From the NCBI RefSeq assembly GCF_000143415.4, contig NW_003314377.1:487298-507213 (forward strand): 19,916 nt of DNA, read 5' to 3'. A program made the translations under genes and the position numbers. Numbering within the stretch: the first letter of the stretch is position 1; each line of letters starts with the position of its first letter. This DNA is from Selaginella moellendorffii (lineage: Eukaryota > Plantae > Lycopodiophyta). The notes below the pieces were generated by a model. The model saw only the letters and a list, made by a program, of their open reading frames with translations, ran no database searches and was not told the origin of the DNA. This document shows, piece by piece, positions 1 through 9,519 of the stretch.

Positions 1-221
1 GGCCTTCCTGATGCTCTTTCAGGCGCTCCTATCTCAATCTCAGGCCTGGTAATCCTGCCTTTGATCAATAGGATCAAGTTATCCTCGATCCTGATCAGCT
101 TCAAGTTATGGCAATTTCCCTGGCCCCTCAGGACTCCTCCTTGATGGATGCGATCAGAAATGATCTTCAATCCGATGATCTCGCTAGCGACATCTTCCCC
201 CATCTTTAGGCTGGACACCCA

Positions 222-1691
222 GTGACTCCCGACTGCCGGCGATTTGACGAGTTCGAGTTCTTAGATGGCTTATTGTACCGTGGGGAGCAGCTTTACGTTC
301 TTGAAGGTGATGCTCGAAGGTTGGTCCTGATGGCATGCCACGATAGCCCGACTGCTGGTCACTTCGGCATTGCGAAAACCTATGAGCTAATTGCACGGGA
401 CTTTTGGTGGCCTCACATGGATGACTACATCAAAGCTTTTGTTACCTCCTGTGACACTTGTGCCCGGAATAAGGTACCTCGCCACCTTCCTTCAGGTTTG
501 CTTCGTTCCCTTCCGGTCCCTTCAGGTCCTTGGGAATCCATCTCCATGGATTTCTTGAGTGATCTTCCGAGTTCTGGAGGCTTCAACAGCATTTTAGTCG
601 TGGTGGATCGCTTCACAAAGATGGCGCACTTCTTGCCATGTACCAAGGAATTTTCGGGCGAGGACATGGCAAAACTGGTATTCAGGGAAATTTTCCGACT
701 TCATGGGATTCCTACAGATGTGGTTTCGGATCGGGGGCCTCAGTTCATCTCTCATTTCTGGCAACGGTTTTTGCAGCTGCTTGGAGTGAAGGCCAACCTC
801 TCTTCAGCATATCATCCTCAAATTGATGGGCAGTCCGAGCGAACGATTCAAACGTTGGAACAATTTTTGAGGTGCTTCATCAACTATCATCAGGATAACT
901 GGTTCGATATCCTTCCCCTTGCTGAGTTCTCCTATAACAACTCTGTTCACTCCTCTCTTCGAGTTTCCCCCTTCTTTGCGAACTCTGGCCAAAATCCCCG
1001 ATTCAATCTCTCACTTCCTTCTCCATCTGAATCCTCTCGTTCAAATCCCCACTCTGAGGCATTTATCTCCAACCTCCAGGAAATCCACAACTCCATCTCC
1101 TTCCACCTCTATCGTGCTCAGGAATCTCATAAAACATTTGCCAATGTCCATCGTCAAGATTGTCCCCCTTACAATATCGGGGATAAAGTTTGGCTCCTCA
1201 GGCGAAATATCTCCACCACCAGGCCCTGTCCAAAACTCGATTTCAAACACCTTGGTCCTTTCCCTATCACTGCCATCATTAATCCTGTGACTTATCGCCT
1301 TGCACTTCCCTCCTCATATCAAATTCACCCCGTTTTTCACTCCTCTCTCCTTGAGCCTTATATTCCCAGTCCTATTCCAAATCGGGTCATTCCTCCGCCT
1401 CCACCAGTGCAGCTCGAGGATGGGTCTGAGTACGAGGTTCAGGACATCCTTGATTCCAAGATTTCACGGTCTAAACTCTACTATCTGGTGGACTGGAAGG
1501 GTTACGGACCTGAGGAACGCACTTGGGAACCTGCGAACAACCTGATTCATTCTCCTGACCTTGTTCAGGACTTCCACCGCTGCTATCCTTCTCGTCCCAG
1601 TCCTCATTCTTTTTCTCCATCTCCCATCCCTCGCCGCTCATCTCATCCTCCTCTTCATTCTCGTTCACATTCTCGTTCCACTCGTTCTTGA
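222..1691 (+). CDS. pol: Integrase-chromodomain portion of a gypsy pol polyprotein; pol is disrupted upstream
   Basis: HHCC zinc finger (CHDSPTAGHFG...CDTC), DDE triad (SMDF, VSDRG, GQSER), GPF motif (HLGPFPI), chromodomain (EYEVQDILDS...YLVDWKGYGPEERTWEP). Upstream in the same frame are TAG stops at 69-71 and 207-209 and a 1-nt frameshift near 20. Confidence 0.93.
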   Translation: MTPDCRRFDEFEFLDGLLYRGEQLYVLEGDARRLVLMACHDSPTAGHFGIAKTYELIARDFWWPHMDDYIKAFVTSCDTCARNKVPRHLPSGLLRSLPVPSGPWESISMDFLSDLPSSGGFNSILVVVDRFTKMAHFLPCTKEFSGEDMAKLVFREIFRLHGIPTDVVSDRGPQFISHFWQRFLQLLGVKANLSSAYHPQIDGQSERTIQTLEQFLRCFINYHQDNWFDILPLAEFSYNNSVHSSLRVSPFFANSGQNPRFNLSLPSPSESSRSNPHSEAFISNLQEIHNSISFHLYRAQESHKTFANVHRQDCPPYNIGDKVWLLRRNISTTRPCPKLDFKHLGPFPITAIINPVTYRLALPSSYQIHPVFHSSLLEPYIPSPIPNRVIPPPPPVQLEDGSEYEVQDILDSKISRSKLYYLVDWKGYGPEERTWEPANNLIHSPDLVQDFHRCYPSRPSPHSFSPSPIPRRSSHPPLHSRSHSRSTRS

Positions 1692-1699
1692 GGAGGGGG
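1690..1699 (+). promoter_or_regulatory. Polypurine tract of the gypsy element
   Basis: GAGGAGGGGG overlapping the pol stop codon, just before TGTTGTCAGGA. Confidence 0.85.
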
Positions 1700-1702
1700 T
1701 GT

Positions 1703-1881
1703 TGTCAGGAATCCCCCAATTCTTGCCACATTCCTGACTCTCGCCGGATTCCTGACCTGCAGACCACATTCCTGACTCTCGAGACACTTCCCAATTCTTG
1801 ACTCTCAAGACACTTCTCTATTCCTGACTCTCGAGACACTTCCCGATTCCTGAGTCTCAGGCCACATTCCTGATGATGATG
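1703..1881 (+). repeat. Start of the 3' LTR (U3) with internal 18-26 bp tandem repeats; truncated by gap
   Basis: Begins TGTCAGGAAT three nt after the PPT (alternative start 1700). TTCCTGA-type cores, each preceded by A, at 1731, 1749, 1769, 1795, 1821, 1847 and 1867. Confidence 0.75.
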
Positions 1882-2405
1882 NNNNNNNNNNNNNNNNNNN
1901 NNNNNNNNNNNNNNNNNNNNNNNNNNNNNNNNNNNNNNNNNNNNNNNNNNNNNNNNNNNNNNNNNNNNNNNNNNNNNNNNNNNNNNNNNNNNNNNNNNNN
2001 NNNNNNNNNNNNNNNNNNNNNNNNNNNNNNNNNNNNNNNNNNNNNNNNNNNNNNNNNNNNNNNNNNNNNNNNNNNNNNNNNNNNNNNNNNNNNNNNNNNN
2101 NNNNNNNNNNNNNNNNNNNNNNNNNNNNNNNNNNNNNNNNNNNNNNNNNNNNNNNNNNNNNNNNNNNNNNNNNNNNNNNNNNNNNNNNNNNNNNNNNNNN
2201 NNNNNNNNNNNNNNNNNNNNNNNNNNNNNNNNNNNNNNNNNNNNNNNNNNNNNNNNNNNNNNNNNNNNNNNNNNNNNNNNNNNNNNNNNNNNNNNNNNNN
2301 NNNNNNNNNNNNNNNNNNNNNNNNNNNNNNNNNNNNNNNNNNNNNNNNNNNNNNNNNNNNNNNNNNNNNNNNNNNNNNNNNNNNNNNNNNNNNNNNNNNN
2401 NNNNN
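1882..2405. other. Assembly gap
   Basis: 524 N. Confidence 1.
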
Positions 2406-3012
2406 ATGATATTTGTAATTTAAATATTAATTCATATTAAAAACTGTGTTGCCAGCTTATATCACAATCCTCTCATATGATAAGACCAAGATATATTTTT
2501 GTAGTGAATCCTCATTAAAAGTTTTCGAGAGTTGTTTGTGAATAATAATAAAATAAATTAAAATCTTTCGAAAGACTCAAAAGTAATATCACATCAAAGA
2601 ATCAACTTTATCTACATTTCCAAGACTGAAAAGCAATCTCACATAAGGGAATGGTAGCGTGCCAATGTGCTCTGCCACTATAATGTATTCTATATTTCCC
2701 TGCAGTCTATTTCTCTAAACATTTGGCATGCGTAGAAAAGAATATATGTGTAGTAAAGTAGGATTTCATTATAATGATAAAGCATGTGTATACACGATAA
2801 TCTAAAATTCTAGAAGCTCTTATGTTTATAAGCAAGCTATGATTATGAAGCCCCATTTCCAAAACTGACATTTAAAGAATCTGAGTATCGTCAGTGTTAT
2901 AATAAATAAACCTTATTCCCGAGACTCAAACTTAATATATAAACTATCTAGAAAAGTTATAGTCATTATAGTTTTTTTGTTCTCCTTGAGCTCCTTGGAA
3001 GTTTGTATTGAA

Positions 3013-3455
3013 ATGGCTCGAAGGAAAGTCACTGCTACTTGTACTTAGCCCCCCAACATTTATATTAATCTCCACCTCCATCCCCAAGTTCTACCAACAT
3101 TCTACCTTCACCTCCATATAATAATCCTTTTTCTACTGAGGGCTTTAGTGAAGTTGAACTAGAGCTCCTTATATATGAAATTCTGAATCTTATTATTAGA
3201 TAGGGATTGCCTCCAATGCTTCAAAACCAATGCCACATGTTTTTGCAAGATCTTGTTCCTGACATAGCAGGACTACTTGAAAGCACAAAGCACTATTACA
3301 TTCGGTGTTTAATATGCTACTTTTTCTTGGACAAGACAAGTGGCTTTATGGGTTTACAAACTTTTCTTGAGCACTGGAGGAATTGCCCAATGGCGGGTTT
3401 GGAAAATGTGCATGTGTGGATGTACAATAGATTCAAGAATGAGTTACAGACATAT
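3013..3455 (+). pseudogene. Decayed ORF of unknown function: basic N-terminus, Pro/Ser linker, C2HC-like zinc motif
   Basis: aaATGGC start gives MARRKVTATCT*. After a frameshift near 3068: SPPPSPSS...ELLIYEILNLIIR*GLPPMLQ...RCLICYFFLDKTSGFMGLQTFLEHWRNC...ELQTY, ending at the inverted-repeat boundary. Confidence 0.4.
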
Positions 3456-3562
3456 ACCTTCTCACCTTCCCTTTATAGTTTGCATGATATAGATAGCTCT
3501 TCTCATCATGTTCTCAAATAGTTCTGGTAGTCCTTTCTTTTTGTTCATCAAGCAGATATTAA

Positions 3563-3662
3563 NNNNNNNNNNNNNNNNNNNNNNNNNNNNNNNNNNNNNN
3601 NNNNNNNNNNNNNNNNNNNNNNNNNNNNNNNNNNNNNNNNNNNNNNNNNNNNNNNNNNNNNN
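3563..3662. other. Assembly gap (placeholder 100 N)
   Basis: 100 N; the other arm of the repeat implies a true length near 16 nt. Confidence 1.
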
Positions 3663-3716
3663 TATCTGTCACTTATACGGAAGCTTCAATTTTGCGATAT
3701 TATAAATTATATCATC

Positions 3717-4116
3717 GGAGAAGAGTCGGGAAGAGCTCTCAATTGAGTTCGTACAAATTGAGCATAAAATTCAGCATGCAAATTCTTCAAAGTTGAAGAA
3801 ACTAAGATACATTGCAGACAATTGTAGGCCGAAGGAGTGGCTAGAGACTATAGCTGAAATTTCTTCTCATGAATGTAAGTTTCTTATCACACTTCATTTT
3901 TCTCAATTATGCATATTTACTTTTGTAGTGAACAAAACTCCAGATGATATAATTTATAATATCGCAAAATTGAAGCTTCCGTATAAATGACAGATAGAAA
4001 CTCTGGATTTCCTTAATATCTGCTTGATGAACAAAAAGAAAGGACTACCAGAACTATTTGAGAACATGATGAGAAGAGCTATCTACATCATGCAAACTAT
4101 AAGTGAAGGTGAGAAG
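3717..4116 (+). pseudogene. Unidentified spliced gene fragment forming the spacer and right arm of the inverted repeat
   Basis: Frame KSREELSIEF...AEISSHE, a 54-nt GTAAGT..TTTTGTAG intron-like segment at 3875-3928, then LNKTPDDIIYNIAKLKLPYK*QIETLDFLNICLMNKKKGLPELFENMMRRAIYIMQTISEGEK with one TGA. Confidence 0.45.
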
Positions 4117-4126
4117 GTATATTTGA

Positions 4127-6479
4127 TGGTCATCTGTTGATGCTTCAGAACATCAGGTGGGGGGCATGGTCTTCCAGAGGGGTTTGGTCTGCATGAAGGC
4201 ATGGAGAATCATTTATGGAGTCCCTCGAACCACATTCTACAGAATCAAAACTGAGTTCGAGGAACAAAGGGTTCAACAGGCAGTCCATGGGAACCACGGT
4301 ACGCACAAAACCAGGGGTCATGTTGTATATGGAGAGGCAATCTTCAAGAGGTTTGTCGAGACATGTAGCGAGTAGCAACCACATAAAACCCGCCTCTTGG
4401 AAGATGGAACACGAGACACCCAACGAGTTCTCCCTTCCATGTATACCAAGGGGGCCATATTGGAAGATGTGAATCGGGAACTCCAGAGTAATGGCTACAG
4501 GAAGCTGAGCCAATCTAGATTTAGTAGATTGTGGAGCAACAGGTTCAGGGATGTGAGTATAGGAAAGTACTCCAGCTTTTCAAAGTGTGATGAGTGCACT
4601 GCTATCAAAATGGCTTTGTCGAAGAATTCTTGCATCGCTCAAGAGCGAGAGACGTTGGTTAGAAGGCGGCTCGACCACAACATCGAGCAGAGAAGCTGCA
4701 GGACTGCATATTATCATAATAGGATTCTCTCCATGGAGAGACCTGACTCTTACCTCTACATCATCCACGACAAAATGGACCAGAAAAAGACATGCTTACC
4801 TCGACTCAATCCTGCCCCCAAGGCAATCTCTTCATCCATGCAGCTGCCTGTGTCTCTGTTTGGCATAATCACTCATGGGCATGGTGCCCAGAACTATGGT
4901 AACTTCTTTGTACCTCTATGGGGTGGCGGGGGTGCAAACATGATGATTGCGTCCCTAGCAAAACACTTAAGGTCTTTGCAAAGTGCACAGACTGAGCTGA
5001 ACGGCCAACCCTTGCATAAGGCCCTTGTCAATCGAACCCCATACAGGGTTTAGCTGGAGGAGGAGCAAAGGCTTGCAGTATTGCGTGGGGCCCCATGCCA
5101 TCCCAGTGAATATGTTGGCCGTCAGATTGTAGGGTTATCACGTGAGGCCTCATGCCATTCCGACGAGGCTGGTCGCCCGGTGAATGCACAGCCTCATCCA
5201 AACGAAGCAGAATCTCAAGGAAGTTCTTGCGGCCGATGTGGCCTTCCACCCCATCTTCTGCTCCAAACAGACAATGCTGGCAGTGAGAACAAAAACATGT
5301 ACGTCTTCGCGTACTTGGCGATGCTTGTTGCCAAAGGCATATTTGAAATGGTTACACTTGGCTTTCTCATGGTTGGGCACACTCATGAAGACGTCGATGC
5401 CATGTTCAGTCACCTGGCAGAGTCCCTCCGGCGATCCAATGTCCTCACCCTCCCACAACTCTACGATGAATTCCAAAATTGCATCAAAGGCACTGTTGAA
5501 GCTGCACTTGTGACAGAGGTTCCAGACTTTAAGGGGTTTGTAAGAGGCTACATCAGGGACGGATCCAAAACGCTGATTGGCCACTCCAAGCCTCTTCAGT
5601 TTCATTTCAGCATGCGTGACGGTGCTCCAGTGATGAGGTACAAGATGAGAGAATGGGACACAGTGTGGCTGCCAGTGGACGGCATTAAACTCTTCAAGAG
5701 AGATCCCATAACTGGGGAACCTATGATTCCTCAGGGTTCCCCACGGCCGATGCACCCGGATGGACTCAAAGACCAGGAAAGTATAGTGGCCGGGATTAGA
5801 CAGCATATTGCCTTCTGGAAGAGGGGGTTGGTGTTTGGTGGAGAATCCTATTTTCAGAGGTGCAAGCCTTTGCTCGAATACTGGGAGAAGATTATATCTG
5901 CTATCCAAAATGGGCCGGTTGTATATGAAGAATTGGAAGAGTCCTTTTGGCCAGAACCCAGAGCACCAGATAGTAGCAAAACAATGTCCTCTAGAAATGC
6001 AGTGACAGATAACGATGTTGAGGATCACTATTGTGGGCCGAGGAACAAGAAGCCGGATTCAGCATTCAATCCAGTACAGGTCTGCAAAGGAATGGTCGTG
6101 CTTGTTAGACCCAGTAATAAAAAACAAATGATATGGGTGGGGCGTTGCATCACTGATGCAGAGGAGGACGCAGAAACTAACTCCTTCAATGTAACTGTGG
6201 AGTGGTTCAAGCCAAGTTCCGGATATACGAAGGATTGCCTAGAAAAGAGATGGGTGCTGAATCCAAGGGATCCCAGCATGAGCATATCGGTGGATAATGT
6301 TGTGCATGGTTGGATGCGGAAGCAGAGTGCCACCATCACCTTGCCAGACCATGCAAGAGATGCAGCAAGAGCATTCATAACCCGGGTTCAAGGTGAGATT
6401 CATTAATATTCCTTTACTAAGTTTCTAATGTATTTTATTTCAAGGTGAACAATCCGAATCTGAATCAGAGGAGGCGTGA
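4127..6479 (+). pseudogene. DNA transposon DDD/E transposase, DUF7869-type (Sola1-like by motif); 5'-truncated with two nonsense codons
   Basis: ORFs 4157, 4397 and 5081 share one frame, separated by single TAG codons (4373-4375, 5051-5053). Motifs: VCMKAWRIIYGVPRTTFY (HTH-like), FSKCDEC..H, IIHDKMDQKKTCLP, LLLQTDNAGSENKN, FLMVGHTHEDVDAMFS. A probable 52-nt intron at 6393-6444 gives a GEQSESESEEA* end. No TIRs found. Confidence 0.82.
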
Positions 6480-7838
6480 TGGCATGTGGCCTTACGGTGA
6501 GATGATACAAATAACAAGTATAAATTCTTAGTTGTTCTAGCAAATCTTACTTAAAGTTCAAGGTGAACAAGCCGAATATGAATTCATCGGATTGTTATAA
6601 CAAATTGCGAGGTGATGGCATGAGGCGATACGCCATTTGAGAGTGGTAGCCATTCCTATATGAGGTGAGTGAAATATTTATTAGAAATACCTCATTCAAT
6701 TGTGCACTTCTAAGTCTTGGTCCACTCAGTACTGTTTGCATGTTTCTATTTTAATTCTTTCTCTAAAATGTTATTTAGCATGTGGCTTCATGCCATTGCT
6801 CTCCACAATCATGCATTGAATTTCTATCCTTGCATAATACTTCTCCATATATATAGCATGTGCGCACATGTGATATGGTTCATTAGGCCTGATATAGTGT
6901 GTGAGGTAAAACAAAGATGATGTGACATATGCATTTACCAATCACACGTGCATAAATCTAATAATATGGCGTGTGGCCCATATTAATGGCACATAAACCC
7001 ATATTGTGGGCTTACGTGCTTTATGTACCATCATTCCCTTGCAGCGTGTGTGTTGGTTTCCTTTTATAACACAACGAACTCCATATTTTAGGGTGAAGAG
7101 CGTTCTCATGGCAAGCACAAAATCTGTAAGTGAGGCAGAAAAGGAGACGGAGAAGGAGATAGGTGAAGATGTAAAATATATAAGTCTTCCAAACTCCCCG
7201 TACTATACTCCAAGTGATTATTTTTCTGAACAAACGGCAACATTAACAACTATCGAGAACGCCCCAGTAACGTCAGAGACAACAATCCAAAGCAAAACAA
7301 CTGACCCGGAGAAGGATGATAGTACCACTGAGAGTACCAAAAAGGAGGTGTCCACTAGCGTTTAAGCTTATAATGGCGTGTGCCCTCATACCATTTACTT
7401 GATCACCAAATACCTTTTTCCCTTTGCACTAGTATATCTTAATACCGGTCTGAGAAATAGAATGGCATGTGCCCTCAGGCCTTTTACTAAATCACCTTTG
7501 AAAGAAATGCAAGCTTCTATGTCGTAAAAAAAAGGTACTAGAGAAATTCCTTAATAATATGAATGTTATTTAGTTTCATGAAAATACACTAAGGGTCAAA
7601 TGAGTTAAATGACTTCTCCAGACTAGCAATGCCTCTTGCTACACCTTCACAATTAGATTCGTTAGAAAAAGATAACATTGAATAATATCTAAATGTTCTC
7701 ACCATTAAGTTATATGTTTGGCTAATAGGAATGACGTTCATCTTGGAAAGCTCACCACACGCTCAATGAACAAACAAATAGTGTGTGCGCGCATGCCATC
7801 GCTCTTCTTTAGCTTCAGATTCGGCTTGTTCACCTTGA
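6440..7838. repeat. Dispersed repeats downstream of the transposase: three TCAAGGTGAACAA(T/G)CCGAAT(C/A)TGAA cassettes and an ATGGC(A/G)TGTG-like motif family
   Basis: Cassettes at ~6440 (+), ~6558 (+) and 7814-7838 (-). ATGGCRTG motif at ~6479, 6615, 6966, 7373, 7462 and inverted at 7792. 36-bp direct repeat at 7372-7407 / 7461-7496. Confidence 0.8.
7108..7365 (+). CDS. Small acidic Thr/Ser/Glu-rich ORF or terminal exon (85 aa), possibly an accessory gene of the transposon
   Basis: MASTKSVSEAEKETEKEIGED...KKEVSTSV*, open in AT-rich context and preceded by acceptor-like TTTTAG ending at 7091. No family recognised. Confidence 0.35.
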   Translation: MASTKSVSEAEKETEKEIGEDVKYISLPNSPYYTPSDYFSEQTATLTTIENAPVTSETTIQSKTTDPEKDDSTTESTKKEVSTSV

Positions 7839-8522
7839 CAATGAGATTTATTATACAACCAGATGGACTTAGTCTGGACACAAACTCACTGCGCTAGTCA
7901 CCATGCCCCAGATATGTCTAGCCCCTGGACAAAAAACATATAATTTCATGTCATTTTCAAATACTTGAAAATTTGTACCTAGTCCCATTTTACTGAATAA
8001 ATCCCACTTTAACGAAATAGAGCTTAAACTCAGGAGTTTATATAAAGTTATATTTCACTAATAGTTTTTAGTGGATTTATTATAGAAATTCAAATTACAA
8101 TATCTCTCATATATTAGAAATTATAAATAAAAAGATTGTTAGACAATCATATTTCATAAGAATTTACTAAATGGATTTATAGATATTTAATATAAAGACC
8201 TGCTAACTTTTTGTCCTCCCTCAAAGGATGGCTTTCTCCTTATCCTCAGAATCACATCTAAAATCTAGAGTATTGATAAATTGAAAAAAAATCACAAAGC
8301 TTTATAAAAAGAAAAATAATTTTGTGCTAATGTAGTAGGAGGAAATAACCATAGTCTCATTTCTCAATTGTGTCATGGTCAATGTATTTAAGAGAATCAG
8401 ATCTAAAATTGTTATGCTCAATATATTTAAGAGAACTAAATTTAAAATCATGCTATATAGATGAGTGAGAAATATACCATTTCTTGAATTTAGATTTTTT
8501 GAGAGGCCACCGAGCCTAGTAT

Positions 8523-8601
8523 TACTCAAACATAAGGAGACTTAACCCCCAAATATCCCAATACTCAAACCTAAGACGTTTTAACCCCCTAAGTATCCCA
8601 A
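8523..8601. repeat. Tandem duplication of ~39 bp
   Basis: TACTCAAACATAAGGAGACTTAACCCCCAAATATCCCAA followed by TACTCAAACCTAAGACGTTTTAACCCCCTAAGTATCCCAA. Confidence 0.85.
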
Positions 8602-8842
8602 ACTAATTGGAAAAAAGGGTGTACTTTTGTTATTTCCCTCTATATTTGAATTATAGATTGTCTCTCAATTCGTTCTTTTTAATTACTTATAATTTACTAT
8701 ACTTCCTTACAAGTTCATGCTCGTAAATGGAAGTTGAAAGCCACAACTTTCCCAAGAGCTTTGCTCTTTTGACACCCTACCATTTATGTTGAACTTAATT
8801 GAAAGAAAATTAAATTTACTAAATGTCAATTTTAACATGTAG

Positions 8843-8919
8843 TGTAATTCTCTGTCATGTAATTCTCAACATATGATGTAATTCTCTGTCATGTAATTCT
8901 CAATATATAATGTAATTCT
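8843..8919. repeat. 34-bp minisatellite (2.3 copies) built from TGTAATTCT subunits
   Basis: Five TGTAATTCT cores; unit TGTAATTCTCTGTCATGTAATTCTCAAYATATRA. Confidence 0.9.
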
Positions 8920-9519
8920 GTTATCTTTGATTACTTACAACTACCTAGTCTCTAGAGGGTGGTACAATGAGAATTGTTATTTGTTCTATTTGATGCTAAA
9001 TTTAATAAATCTTTATAATACATCCTAACATATTAAAATGTAAAAGCCACAAAAGTGTGCAATATTCCTGCCCAATAGTTAAAAGATAAATTACCCCATA
9101 TATGAAAAAGAAATAGAATCACTTTGCAAAAATAGAAAAAATGTGTGTGTTAAGAGGGCTACAATCACATTGCATTTAGTGTTAGGGCATTGTAAGAAAA
9201 TTCAAAACTTATTTGCTAATGGGCTCTTTGGTTTTAAATATATGAGAATGGTAAGCAAAATTCCCAACTTCACTAAGGGCATTCCTAGTTATAATAAATT
9301 TTCTTATTATTTAGTTGTAGCGCATGTGATCATGGGATGAGATTTAAATATACTGTCACCATGGATCCTTGGAACCTTGGGGGATAAATGGGGATAAAAT
9401 AACCACTAAGGGCTCTCTCATAAAGCAATTGCCCTTTTTCCAGTTGGCTTAAGGGGAGAGAGATAAGGTGCGCTACATTAGTAATATCTTTTCAGGCTAC
9501 TATCAATTTTACCAAGAGG

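Larger units (their letters stand above)
1..1881 (+). mobile_element. Ty3/gypsy chromovirus (Tcn1-like) LTR retrotransposon, 3' part; runs off the window at left and into a gap at right
   Basis: RNase H tail (GLPDALS/RR) at 1-26, integrase plus chromodomain, then polypurine tract and TG-starting LTR. Clade assignment is by resemblance. Confidence 0.93.
3452..4122. repeat. Long inverted repeat (fold-back): arms 3452-3716 (containing the gap) and 3943-4122, spacer ~226 bp
   Basis: Reverse complement of 3452-3562 matches 4013-4122, and of 3663-3716 matches 3943-3996, with about 3 substitutions and 1 indel. Both outer ends read ATAT. Confidence 0.95.

Noticed and set aside
1873-2409. 178-aa ORF of X residues (also 3508-3705)
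   Set aside because: Artefact of translating N gaps.
4373-5053. TAG readthrough, recoding or U-to-C editing of transposase (and gypsy) stop codons
   Set aside because: CAG>TAG deamination in methylated nuclear TE DNA is simpler; reverse editing is known from organelles, and the gypsy pol also has a frameshift.
5150-6028. 292-aa minus-strand ORF and other antisense ORFs over the transposase and integrase
   Set aside because: Shadow frames of real coding sequence; no motifs.
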